Source of the DNA: Nitrospinaceae bacterium | GTDB lineage: Bacteria > Nitrospinota > Nitrospinia > Nitrospinales > VA-1 | Direction of reading: 5' to 3' | Length of the DNA stretch: 64,000 nt | NCBI GenBank assembly: GCA_046754465.1 | Contig: JBHHVU010000007.1 | Coordinates: 32,951 to 96,950 of the forward strand | In this document: one piece after another, positions 29,618-38,790 of the stretch | Layout: each line of letters begins with the position of its first letter | Position numbering within the stretch: the stretch's first letter is position 1 | Made by a program: the position numbers and the translations under genes | The notes under the pieces: generated by a model | Seen by the model: only the letters and a program-made list of their open reading frames with translations | Database searches by the model: none | What the model was told of the DNA's origin: nothing

Positions 29618-30787
29618 ATGAGCCGAATGCGATTATTTTATTTCGCCCGAATCGATTTAGGGATTGAAAACGCCGGATCGCGGCACGTTCTGGAATTCTG
29701 CCGCCAATTCGCGGCCATGGGGCATTCGGTGACTCTGTTCGTTCCCGACCTGGGAAAGCGGAAATCCGCCGAGGGGTTTTCCGTCATCTACGTCCCGGTC
29801 CTTTTCCCGAAACCGGCCCTTACATTTTTTACCTTCTATTTTTCCCTTTTCTTTCATTTTCTTTATTATTATTTCAAGATCCGACCGGAGATCGTCTACA
29901 CCCGTCATCAGCAGATGGAATGGATCGTTACCTGGCTGCGGTTAATATTTTCTTATGTATACGTGGTTGAGATCAACGGATTGTCCAGGGTGGAATGGAA
30001 AATCCATTCAAAGCCAGAATGGGCCTTCCGTGTTATTTATGCGATGGAGTGGCTGGTGTTTCATCTTGCCGATAAACTGGTCTCTGTTTCCGCTCCTATT
30101 CGTGACATCCTGTGTGAAGACTATGGTTTGAAAAGAGATCGTTTTCTTGTCGCCAGCAATGGGGCCAATGCCGAAGTTTTCAGGCCCATGGACCCGAAAG
30201 AATGCCGGAAACGTCTCCACCTGGATGAGGAGGGGAAATACCTGGTTTTTATCGGATCCTTCCAGAAATGGCATGGGTTGCATCAAGTCATTCTGGCCAT
30301 TCCGGAACTGACAAAAAATATTCCAGGCATCCATCTTTTAATCGTTGGGGATGGACCGGAGAGGGCCGCGATTGAAAATTTGATTTCCCGGTACAACGTG
30401 AAGGATTATGTGACCTTATATGGTGAAAAACCATTTGAGGAACTTCCCTTTTATATCAACGCGTCCGATATATGCCTGGGAACTTTTACGGAAAAGCCGG
30501 GCTTGCGTCCTCTCAAGATTTTTGATTACATGGCCTGCGGGAAACCTGTCGTTTGTAATTCCGTGGGCGGGCTGGATATTTTTTTCAATACCTATCGCGC
30601 GGGAGTCACTTTAAAGTCCAATGACCCTCGTGGCTGGGTGGATTCGATTGCCGAGCTTTATAACGATCCTCAACGGATGCGTGATTACGGAAAAAATGGC
30701 CGTGAAGCCGTTTTGAAAGAGTTTAATTGGGAAATTATTTGCCGAAAAATCGCCGAAACCCTGGAGGCGGTTCACCATTCCATGTGA
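29618..30787 (+). CDS. GT4-family glycosyltransferase
   Basis: 'FIGSFQKWHG', 'IVGDGPE' and 'PLKIFDYMACGKPVV'. Confidence 0.9.
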   Translation: MSRMRLFYFARIDLGIENAGSRHVLEFCRQFAAMGHSVTLFVPDLGKRKSAEGFSVIYVPVLFPKPALTFFTFYFSLFFHFLYYYFKIRPEIVYTRHQQMEWIVTWLRLIFSYVYVVEINGLSRVEWKIHSKPEWAFRVIYAMEWLVFHLADKLVSVSAPIRDILCEDYGLKRDRFLVASNGANAEVFRPMDPKECRKRLHLDEEGKYLVFIGSFQKWHGLHQVILAIPELTKNIPGIHLLIVGDGPERAAIENLISRYNVKDYVTLYGEKPFEELPFYINASDICLGTFTEKPGLRPLKIFDYMACGKPVVCNSVGGLDIFFNTYRAGVTLKSNDPRGWVDSIAELYNDPQRMRDYGKNGREAVLKEFNWEIICRKIAETLEAVHHSM

Positions 30788-31914
30788 TTTTTTTTCACCT
30801 TCTCCTGGCACTTTATCTCACCTGTTTATTCCCTCAAAATACCTTGGCCCTTGATTGGGATTTTGAAGGCCGCCTAAAGACAGGGAGCTCCTTCGTATTC
30901 GAGTCCCCGCCGGGACACAAGGATTTTGACAGCGAGGCGGAACTGCGGATGGGAGTTCTGGGCAACGCCTGGAAGAAAAAGGAATGGGTGCTGGATTATG
31001 AACTCTCCGCCGATGCCAAACAGGCGGACGGACCCAGCGTCCAAGCCGGTTTGCGGCGAGAAACCGATATCGATTTCTTTCGGGCCTGGCTTCGCCTGAA
31101 CAATGATAAAGTCCAATTGCGCGGCGGCCGTCAGAAAATCCTTTTCGGTTCCGGGGCCATTTTTCGTCCGCTGGGATTTTTCGATACCCGTGACGTCACC
31201 GGCGTCGTTCCGGAAACCCGGGGCGTCGATAGCGTCCGGGCCACCTATTTTTTCGATGAGACCACCTCCCTCGAAGGTTGGCTCCTGCCCGCCAGGCGGA
31301 AGGACCATCTCATCGCTGGACTCCGCTGGGAAGGGCTCCTGAAAGGAATTGAGTCGGGAATCGTGATTCAATACCATCCCCGGACCGATCTTCAGGAGTT
31401 GCCGGATTTCGGAAACGAAATAGTTCAATTGGGATACCATTTGAAAGGGGAGCACAACTTCGCGTATTGGAACGAAAGCCGATTGGATATCGAGCAGAAA
31501 AACGGGAACCATCCGCTCCGCTTCGATACGGTGCTGGGAATGGATTATACCTTTTCCGTGGGCGAGGGATTGCATGTGCTGGTGGAATACTTCCTCTCCA
31601 CCCGGCAGAAAAAATTTACGCTGACCGATCCCAGCGGTGACCGAACGATCCATGAGTTCGGTTTTCTTCTCGATGAACCCGTTGGCATTGCCATCACCTG
31701 GCAGGTCTTCGGTTTGTTCGACGTTCGTGACGGGACCTTTCAAATCGTGCCCCAGGTGGAGTATGCTGTCACGGATCAGGTCTTTCTGTATCTGCATGGG
31801 CGATGGGGAAACCGAATTCAGACGGGTGAGAAAAGGGGCCGGCTGTTCAGTAAAACCCCGGTTTTCAACGGGTCCGAATCCATCATGGGGTTGACCCTGG
31901 TGGCCTATTTTTAA
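30784..31914 (+). CDS. Putative outer-membrane beta-barrel protein
   Basis: GTG overlapping the upstream stop; signal peptide; 'GRQKILFGSG..F.PL' and 'GVDSVR'; C-terminal Phe. Confidence 0.65.
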   Translation: MIFFHLLLALYLTCLFPQNTLALDWDFEGRLKTGSSFVFESPPGHKDFDSEAELRMGVLGNAWKKKEWVLDYELSADAKQADGPSVQAGLRRETDIDFFRAWLRLNNDKVQLRGGRQKILFGSGAIFRPLGFFDTRDVTGVVPETRGVDSVRATYFFDETTSLEGWLLPARRKDHLIAGLRWEGLLKGIESGIVIQYHPRTDLQELPDFGNEIVQLGYHLKGEHNFAYWNESRLDIEQKNGNHPLRFDTVLGMDYTFSVGEGLHVLVEYFLSTRQKKFTLTDPSGDRTIHEFGFLLDEPVGIAITWQVFGLFDVRDGTFQIVPQVEYAVTDQVFLYLHGRWGNRIQTGEKRGRLFSKTPVFNGSESIMGLTLVAYF

Positions 31915-31947
31915 TCTTTTGGACGGGATTCCAAAGGCAATTCGACA

Positions 31948-32658
31948 ATGAATGAAATGATCATCAAGCTGGATCGCGTGGTCAAGGTGTACCTCGTGGG
32001 CGGGGAGGATTTTACCGCCCTGCACGACATCAGCCTGGAAATCGAAGTGGGCGCCTTCATGTCTTTCGTGGGTCCTTCCGGATCGGGCAAAACCACCCTG
32101 TTGAACCTGATCGGCGGTTTGGACCGGCCGTCTTCGGGAAACATTTTTTTTAAAAATAGCGATCTGGGACAGCTGAGCCGGAATGAACTGGCTCAGTACC
32201 GCCGTAAAAATCTCGGGTTCGTGTTCCAGACCTACAACCTCCTTCCCGTGTATTCCGTTTACGAAAATGTTTTGTTCCCTTTATTGCTTAACGGAGAAAA
32301 AGAGTTCAGGGTCCGTGACAAGGTGATGGCCCTGATTGAGCGGGTGGGGCTGGGTCCGCAGGTCAAAAAAAAACCCGCGGAATTATCCGGCGGTCAATGT
32401 CAGCGGGTCGCCATCGCCCGGGCCTTGGTCAAGAAACCGATACTTGTCCTGGCCGATGAGCCGACCGCCAACCTGGATGCCGAAAACTCTTGCCAGATTC
32501 TCGAATTGATGCGGGATCTGAACAAACAGTTCCAGGCCGCCTTTGTGTTTTCCACCCACGATGAAAAGGTCACCAAGTATGTGAACCGGGAAATCGGACT
32601 GGAAGACGGCCGGGTGTGCTGGGATAAAAGACGCAATGGATTTGGAGAACTGGAATGA
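31948..32658 (+). CDS. ABC transporter ATP-binding protein (LolD/MacB-like)
   Basis: GPSGSGKT, LSGGQCQRVAIAR, LADEPTANLD and STHD. Confidence 0.95.
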   Translation: MNEMIIKLDRVVKVYLVGGEDFTALHDISLEIEVGAFMSFVGPSGSGKTTLLNLIGGLDRPSSGNIFFKNSDLGQLSRNELAQYRRKNLGFVFQTYNLLPVYSVYENVLFPLLLNGEKEFRVRDKVMALIERVGLGPQVKKKPAELSGGQCQRVAIARALVKKPILVLADEPTANLDAENSCQILELMRDLNKQFQAAFVFSTHDEKVTKYVNREIGLEDGRVCWDKRRNGFGELE

Positions 32659-33824
32659 TATGGGATATCGCCTGGAAAAATTTTTATCGCCAGGGGATCC
32701 GCTCTTTTCTGAATGTTCTGGTGACGGCGTTGACCCTGGTCACCGTCGTATTTAATATCTCGCTCTACAACGGATTCCAGTCGCAGGCCACCCGGAACAT
32801 GGTGCGGACGGATGTGGCCGGGGGTCAATACCGCGTTTCCGGATTTGACATTCTCACTCCCACCGATTGGGAGGATCTGACGCTCCGGATTCCGGAAAGT
32901 TTGAAGCGGCTGCCCCCTTCTCAAAAGGCGGAAGTTCTCCTCCAGCAGGGGCAAATCTTCCCCAACCGGAGGCTGTTTCCCATTCAACTGCGGGGAATCG
33001 ATATGCGGCAGAAGCTGCTCGATCTTCCGCTGGAGGCCTTGGCCTCGCGGCCAGCCGCGGTGGGTGAAACGATCCCCGTGGTTCTGGGAAACAAAATGGC
33101 CGCCAGGTCCCATCTGCGACGTGGCGATACCGTCGTCCTGCGATGGCGAGACAAAAACGGCGTCGTCGATGCCCGCGACGTGACGGTCGTGGACGTGGTC
33201 CCCCTCGTCAACCCGCGCATCGATGAGGGTATCCTGTGGATGCGGTTGGACCACCTCCGTGCGTTGACCCTGAGGCCGGAAGAGGTGACCTGGGTCACCG
33301 TTAAAAAATTTCAGGGACCGGTGGGGGGCCTGGAATTCCACCCCCCGGATGACCTCATGGCCGATATCCTGAACCTGATCGAGAGCGACCGCCGCTACGC
33401 CAAAATTCTTTGGGTCATTCTTGTTTTCCTTGCGGGGATCAGTGTCTTCAATACCCAGATTTTGAACGTCTTCAAACGCCAAAAGGAAATCGGAACCCTG
33501 ATGGCACTGGGAATGACCCCCCGGCAGGTCATCGCCTTGTTTACCCTGGAGGGGAGCCTCGCCGCCTTCTTTTCGGTCTTCGCCGCGCTGATTTTGGGAG
33601 CCATTCTTTTCTCCTGGTTTCAAAGCGTGGGATTGGATATCTCCCATTTGCGCGAGTCGAATATCCCCGTGCGCGAAAATATCCTCCTGGATATCCACCC
33701 CGTCGAAGTGGTTTATTCCGCCGTGGTCATCGTTGGAATCATGGTTCTCGTCGCATGGGCTCCGGTGAGGAAGATCTCGCGTCTCGACCCCACCCTGGCC
33801 CTGAGAGGAAGGGGAATCACATGA
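32655..33824 (+). CDS. ABC transporter permease (LolE/FtsX-like)
   Basis: 'IAWKNFYR', 'RQKEIGTLMALG' and 'LDPTLALR'. Confidence 0.9.
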   Translation: MIWDIAWKNFYRQGIRSFLNVLVTALTLVTVVFNISLYNGFQSQATRNMVRTDVAGGQYRVSGFDILTPTDWEDLTLRIPESLKRLPPSQKAEVLLQQGQIFPNRRLFPIQLRGIDMRQKLLDLPLEALASRPAAVGETIPVVLGNKMAARSHLRRGDTVVLRWRDKNGVVDARDVTVVDVVPLVNPRIDEGILWMRLDHLRALTLRPEEVTWVTVKKFQGPVGGLEFHPPDDLMADILNLIESDRRYAKILWVILVFLAGISVFNTQILNVFKRQKEIGTLMALGMTPRQVIALFTLEGSLAAFFSVFAALILGAILFSWFQSVGLDISHLRESNIPVRENILLDIHPVEVVYSAVVIVGIMVLVAWAPVRKISRLDPTLALRGRGIT

Positions 33825-35122
33825 TTCGCTGGATCCTTCACGGCATCCTGCGCGACAAGACCCGGTCGTTATTCCCTTTTCTCGTGGTGACCGTGGGGGT
33901 GGCGCTGGTAGTGTTCTTTCTCGGGTTCATGGATGGGATCTTCATGGGAATGATCCAGATGACCGCCAACCTGGATACCGGACACCTTCGGTTCGTAAAC
34001 AAACCCTATTATGAGGAGGAATATCTCAAACCGATGGATCGCGCTCTCGCGGCGCAAAAGGAAATCCATGCCTGGCTGAAACAAAACAGCGATCCCGATA
34101 TCCAGTGGTCTCCGAGAATCCGTTGGGGAGCGATCATGGACGTTCCCGATAACAAGGGGGAAACCCGGAGCCAGACACCCGTCATGGGAATGGCGCTTAA
34201 ACTCCTCGACCCCGATTCCCCGGAACCGGACCGGCTGAAGCTGAAGGATTCGCTCGCCCGGGGGAGGCTTCCCCGGAAGTCCAGGGAAATGCTGGTGGGC
34301 TATGGACTGGCCAAGACCCTGGAGATCGATGTGGGAAACACCGTGACCCTGATCGGACAGAGTTTCGACGGCGGCCTCGCCACCGATAATTATAAGGTCG
34401 TCGGGATCATCCGCTTCGGGGTCTTTGCTATGGATAAGAAAATGGCCCTGATCGACTTGGCCGATGCCCAGGACACGTTTTATATGGAGGACATGGTGAC
34501 TGACTGGCTGGGATTCCTGCCCACCAGGGTGTCTTACCAGGAATACGCGAAAAAAAAGGCGGGAATCGAGGCCGCGTTGGCGGACTTGATGCGGTATCCC
34601 CCCAAGGAATGGGCTCCGGACGACGAACCCATTGTGTTGTCTATCATGGATCAGAGGAATTTGGCCAACATGGCGCGAATCTATGAACTGGTCAGAAAAA
34701 TTCTCGTGGGCATTTTCGTGTTCCTGATGGGCCTCGTGCTGTGGAACGCGGGCCTTTTGAATGTGATTCACCGTTACGGGGAAATCGGATTGTACCTGGC
34801 CCTGGGGGAAACTCATGCCAGGCTGGTTTGGATTCTGGGACTGGAAGCGTTTTCCGTGGGTGTGCTGGGCTCACTGGCGGGATGCCTCATCGGTGGGGGC
34901 GCGGTCTTTTACTTACAGGAAGTGGGTATCAATTTTGGCGATGCGTTCGCCCAAACGGGATTGATGCTCAACGACGTGGCCCGGGGAAGAGTCAGCCTGG
35001 AAGGGTTTGTCCTGGGAATGGTGCCGGGAATGCTGGCCAGCGTTTTGGGAACCCTCATTGCCAGCCTGGCCATTTTCAAACGCTCCGAAGCGAACCTGTT
35101 TCGCGAACTGGAGGCGGGATAA
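33821..35122 (+). CDS. ABC transporter permease (LolE/FtsX-like)
   Basis: ATGA overlap at 33821; 'RYGEIGLYLALG'; four-TM layout with large periplasmic loop. Confidence 0.88.
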   Translation: MIRWILHGILRDKTRSLFPFLVVTVGVALVVFFLGFMDGIFMGMIQMTANLDTGHLRFVNKPYYEEEYLKPMDRALAAQKEIHAWLKQNSDPDIQWSPRIRWGAIMDVPDNKGETRSQTPVMGMALKLLDPDSPEPDRLKLKDSLARGRLPRKSREMLVGYGLAKTLEIDVGNTVTLIGQSFDGGLATDNYKVVGIIRFGVFAMDKKMALIDLADAQDTFYMEDMVTDWLGFLPTRVSYQEYAKKKAGIEAALADLMRYPPKEWAPDDEPIVLSIMDQRNLANMARIYELVRKILVGIFVFLMGLVLWNAGLLNVIHRYGEIGLYLALGETHARLVWILGLEAFSVGVLGSLAGCLIGGGAVFYLQEVGINFGDAFAQTGLMLNDVARGRVSLEGFVLGMVPGMLASVLGTLIASLAIFKRSEANLFRELEAG

Positions 35123-35124
35123 CC

Positions 35125-35895
35125 ATGTTCCTCTCGAAACACTGGATGCCGGTGTGGATGGCCTTCCCCTTCCTGGCAATCCTGATTCTTATCATCCCCA
35201 CCGCCAACGGCGGGGAAATCGATGCCAATAAATTGCTGGCGGAGGTGGATGACAATCTCTGGTCCAATTCGAAATACATAGAAGGACGGCTCATCATCGA
35301 CAACGGGAGGCGGGAACGGGTTCTGACCTGGGAAACGCGAATGGAGGGCGTGGAACGGTCCTACAGTTATTATAAATCCCCGCCGCGCGACAAGGGCACC
35401 AAAATGCTGAAGATCAAAAGCAAATTGTGGATGTACACCCCCCGGACCGACCGCAAGATTCTGATCGCCGGGCATCTGCTCCGCCAATCCATGATGGGGA
35501 GCGACTTGTCCTATGAAGATATGATGGAGGACAGAAAATTGAGCCGGGCCTATGAAGCGTCCTTGGAAAAAATGGTGGCATGCGATGGGGTCCGTTGCGG
35601 CGTCTTGTTCCTCGTGGCGCACGACAAGACTACCACCTATCAGACCCGGCGCCTGTGGGTGGACCCCGAAAGAAAGATCGTGCTGAAAGAAGAGATGTAT
35701 GCCAAGGGAGGCAAATTACTCAAAAAAGTGGAATTCATGGATTACCGGCCCATTGGGAACAGGCTGTTTCCCAAGAAGATGATCTTCCGCGACATGCTCA
35801 AGGAAAATACCAAAACCACCTATATCTTTGATGTCATACAGTTCGATGTGGAGATCCCCGAGAAATATTTTTCACAGGCCATCCTGAAACGCTAA
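35125..35895 (+). CDS. LolA-like outer-membrane lipoprotein-sorting family protein
   Basis: 'SPPRDKGTKML', 'LWMYTP' and 'QSMMGSDLSYEDM'. Confidence 0.85.
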   Translation: MFLSKHWMPVWMAFPFLAILILIIPTANGGEIDANKLLAEVDDNLWSNSKYIEGRLIIDNGRRERVLTWETRMEGVERSYSYYKSPPRDKGTKMLKIKSKLWMYTPRTDRKILIAGHLLRQSMMGSDLSYEDMMEDRKLSRAYEASLEKMVACDGVRCGVLFLVAHDKTTTYQTRRLWVDPERKIVLKEEMYAKGGKLLKKVEFMDYRPIGNRLFPKKMIFRDMLKENTKTTYIFDVIQFDVEIPEKYFSQAILKR

Positions 35896-35920
35896 AACCA
35901 AATTCACTGGAAAGAATTTG

Positions 35921-35937
35921 GACAGAATGAACAGGAT
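35921..35937 (+). repeat. Short ACAGGAT-type repeat, left copy
   Basis: GACAGAATGAACAGGAT matches 36676-36692 at 16/17 positions. Confidence 0.55.
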
Positions 35938-35991
35938 AAAAAGGTTGTTTACGCCTATGCGTGAAATATGCCAGGGAACTTCCAATGGTTC

Positions 35992-36555
35992 CTATTCCAC
36001 CCGTTTCAAGGTGTTCTTGTCCCTGTGGTGAAACAGGTCTGCCTGCCCCTTGATTTTGAGTTGCGTATCCTCCGCATAACTGAAACTCCCGTCATTGTGG
36101 ATTGTGACCTTCAATTCGTAACGGATCGTCTTGAACTCGATGTCCAAAAACCGATTGGAACAGATGCCATAGGTTTCAGATCCAACGTCAGCGGAAAGCT
36201 CGAACGTTTTTGCATCCGGTTCCACGGTTCCACCGGCGATGACCGTCACGCCGCGAGGGACTATAAAACATCGCAGAACTTGTTGGTTCATGGAGTCCCA
36301 AAGCCAATACCCCAGTTCTTCGTGAAAAGGATCCTCCTGGCCCAACGGCCATGCCGTGGTGGAATACCTGAGACCGTAAAGGACCTGCTCATGGTTTTTC
36401 ACCGGCCCAAAAGGATCAAATGTAATGCGCTCACGGAACTTATTGGTTTCCACGCCCCGGTCATCCGAGGGTGCGGTGTCATCCCCTTTTTCGCCCTCCC
36501 AAACTCCCGCCAGGAGGGCCAGCGGCCCCAGGTTCTTGATGATCTCATCGGTCAT
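35992..36555 (-). CDS. Nitrobindin/DUF1794-like heme-binding beta-barrel
   Basis: 'LGPLALLAGVWEGEKG', 'FHEELGYWLWD' and C-terminal 'FHHRDKNTL'; GAGGTG RBS. Confidence 0.85.
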   Translation of the reverse strand: MTDEIIKNLGPLALLAGVWEGEKGDDTAPSDDRGVETNKFRERITFDPFGPVKNHEQVLYGLRYSTTAWPLGQEDPFHEELGYWLWDSMNQQVLRCFIVPRGVTVIAGGTVEPDAKTFELSADVGSETYGICSNRFLDIEFKTIRYELKVTIHNDGSFSYAEDTQLKIKGQADLFHHRDKNTLKRVE

Positions 36556-36675
36556 AAATTCACCTCACCTTGTAAATTATTATCCGAGCTGTTCCATCCC
36601 CTGGAAAACTATCCCATAAAGGGGAGGAAGTCATTTACTTTTTACCCCTTTATTTTCGCGGGTCGAGAAAATTCA

Positions 36676-36701
36676 GACAGGATGAACAGGATTGACAGGA
36701 T
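36676..36701 (+). repeat. Short ACAGGAT-type repeat, right copy (three 9-bp units)
   Basis: GACAGGATG-AACAGGATT-GACAGGAT. Confidence 0.55.
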
Positions 36702-36752
36702 CTGGGGAATTGGAAGGGTAGCCTGGATAGGCGAATATGAGATTCAGGCGGA

Positions 36753-37325
36753 TCAGGCCAGCCGGGTTCCAGTTGTCCTTGTTGTTATCCATTGCTCCAA
36801 CCGGGGGATGGCCTCCTCAATGGTTTTAACCACCGCGGCGCGCCGGGAAAACTCTTCCCATTCCCCGTGGGGACCGACCACCACGAGCGGTTTTTTGTAT
36901 TCCAGGGCCAGTTCGATTTCCGACCGGGTGCCGGCGCTGCCCGGCAGGGCCACGATAAAATCGGCGCTGAGCACGATGATGTGGTTCCGGCTTTGCACGT
37001 CCTTCCCCCTGGCGCCCGATAAGGGCAGATGGGTGCGGATCGTGAGGTCGGTGTGTGGATTGGGGTACCCCTCCGGGCTCTGGTATCGAGACCGCTCTGG
37101 GGCGGTTTGGCAGGCATGCGCCGCTGGGATCACGCCGATCACGCATCCTTTCCGGCCTTCCACTTCGGTGAAGGCTTTTGCCGTTGCCTCCATTACTCCC
37201 GGACCGCCGCCGTTGATGAGATCGAATCCCTTCCCGGCCAGCCACCGGCCCAACGGGCCGCTCAAGGTGGAATACGGGTCACTGCCCGATCCGATCACGC
37301 CGATCAATATTCTGGATTTTTCCAT
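36753..37325 (-). CDS. LOG/SLOG-family (molybdenum cofactor carrier-like) protein
   Basis: 'GVIGSG', 'NGGGPGVMEA' and 'SRNHIIVLSAD..VALPGSAGT.SEI'. Confidence 0.8.
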   Translation of the reverse strand: MEKSRILIGVIGSGSDPYSTLSGPLGRWLAGKGFDLINGGGPGVMEATAKAFTEVEGRKGCVIGVIPAAHACQTAPERSRYQSPEGYPNPHTDLTIRTHLPLSGARGKDVQSRNHIIVLSADFIVALPGSAGTRSEIELALEYKKPLVVVGPHGEWEEFSRRAAVVKTIEEAIPRLEQWITTRTTGTRLA

Positions 37326-37406
37326 GCGGTTGGAAATTCAAATCTTCCCCTTCCCAGGGGAGGATGAACGTAAAAAGAATTCGCTGAGTTCAGGCAAGGG
37401 CGACGG

Positions 37407-38168
37407 CTACTTTTGTAAAACCTCCAACACCTTTTTCATGTCATCGAGAACCGCGCGGCGGTTTTCCAGGGTGTAGAACCGCAACAGGTAGGCGGGATGA
37501 AACGTGAGCATCAGTTGGATCCCCTCGAACTCATGCCAGGTTCCCCGTTCCTTGGTGATGGGCACGGATCGTCCCAGCAGCGTGGAAGCGGCGGGTTTGC
37601 CCAGGGCGACAATGGCCCGGGGCTGGATCGCCCGGAGCTGTTTTATCAGAAACGGTTTGCAGGCGGCGATTTCATCCGCTTCGGGGTCGCGGTTTCCCGG
37701 GGGCCGGCATTTAACGATATTGCAGATGTAGGTGTCCCGCTCCCGGTTGAGTCCCATGCCCTTCTCGATGATCTCGGTCAACTTTTTACCGGCGCGGCCG
37801 ACGAAAGGCAGTCCCTGTTCATCCTCATCGGCCCCGGGGCCTTCTCCCACGAATACGAGATCGGCGTTGGGGTTCCCTGACCCGAAGACAATATTTTTTC
37901 TCCCCCGGCATAATTTGCACCGGGTGCAATCGCCCAGTTCCTGGCGGATGGCCGCCAATGGACCGGAACCGTCTTTTATCGCGGCGGCGGGCCGGGCCGT
38001 TTCCGGCGCCGGGGAATCCGGAGATATGGGGACAGGATTGCGTTTTTTACCCGATTGGATTTTCAAGTCGATCTCCTGGGGAATTTCCGTATAGCCGCAA
38101 TCTTTCAGGAAAAGCAGGTAATTCTTTAATTTCCGCAAGAGATCCGACCGTTGGGGTGCCGTTTCCAT
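37407..38168 (-). CDS. Family-4 uracil-DNA glycosylase
   Basis: CTRCKLC, '[10 protein letters not shown]', '[11 protein letters not shown]' and 'TFHPAYLLR'. Confidence 0.93.
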   Translation of the reverse strand: METAPQRSDLLRKLKNYLLFLKDCGYTEIPQEIDLKIQSGKKRNPVPISPDSPAPETARPAAAIKDGSGPLAAIRQELGDCTRCKLCRGRKNIVFGSGNPNADLVFVGEGPGADEDEQGLPFVGRAGKKLTEIIEKGMGLNRERDTYICNIVKCRPPGNRDPEADEIAACKPFLIKQLRAIQPRAIVALGKPAASTLLGRSVPITKERGTWHEFEGIQLMLTFHPAYLLRFYTLENRRAVLDDMKKVLEVLQK

Positions 38169-38393
38169 GGGCAAAAGGATAACAGATGCCCCCATTTGGG
38201 ACAACCCGTGAATCGGAACCGGGGGGAGGGGGGGAGGATTCGGGCCGGGGCAGTGAAAAGGGACCATGGACCCAAAAAAGAGCCGCCAAATTCCCGTATG
38301 TGACAATAAATTAATAACTTTCCAATTGAGTCCTTTAATTCATTGGTTTATAATCAGTGCACAAGTTAATTCATTTCATGGAGAAAAATTGCG

Positions 38394-38708
38394 ATGTCGG
38401 GTCTAAAAAGCGCGTGGGAGCTCAGCCTCGAAAAATCCGACAAACTGGTCCCGGAACTGAAAAGCAAAAAGAAACTTTCGGACGCAAAAAAACAAGAAAT
38501 CGCCGAAATTCGCAAGGAATACAAGGCCAAAATCGCGGATAAGGACGTCACCCTCCAGGACAAAATGAACAAGTTGATGGATCGAATTCCTCCGGAAGAG
38601 ATGGATGGGGTCACCGGGGAACTCCAAAAACAATTCGGGGAGGAAAAGAAGGCCCTGGAAGAGGAAATGGAACGGAAAATTGAAGCCGTCCGAAAGCGGT
38701 CCCATTGA
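38394..38708 (+). CDS. Conserved hypothetical coiled-coil protein
   Basis: 'LKSAWELSLEK' start, GGAG RBS, charged helical sequence. Confidence 0.7.
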   Translation: MSGLKSAWELSLEKSDKLVPELKSKKKLSDAKKQEIAEIRKEYKAKIADKDVTLQDKMNKLMDRIPPEEMDGVTGELQKQFGEEKKALEEEMERKIEAVRKRSH

Positions 38709-38790
38709 TCTTCCCAAACCAGCTCTGCCCAGTCGAAGATTCCTGTTGCCAATACCGAATACACCCATTCGCCGATAATTTTATATTCCT

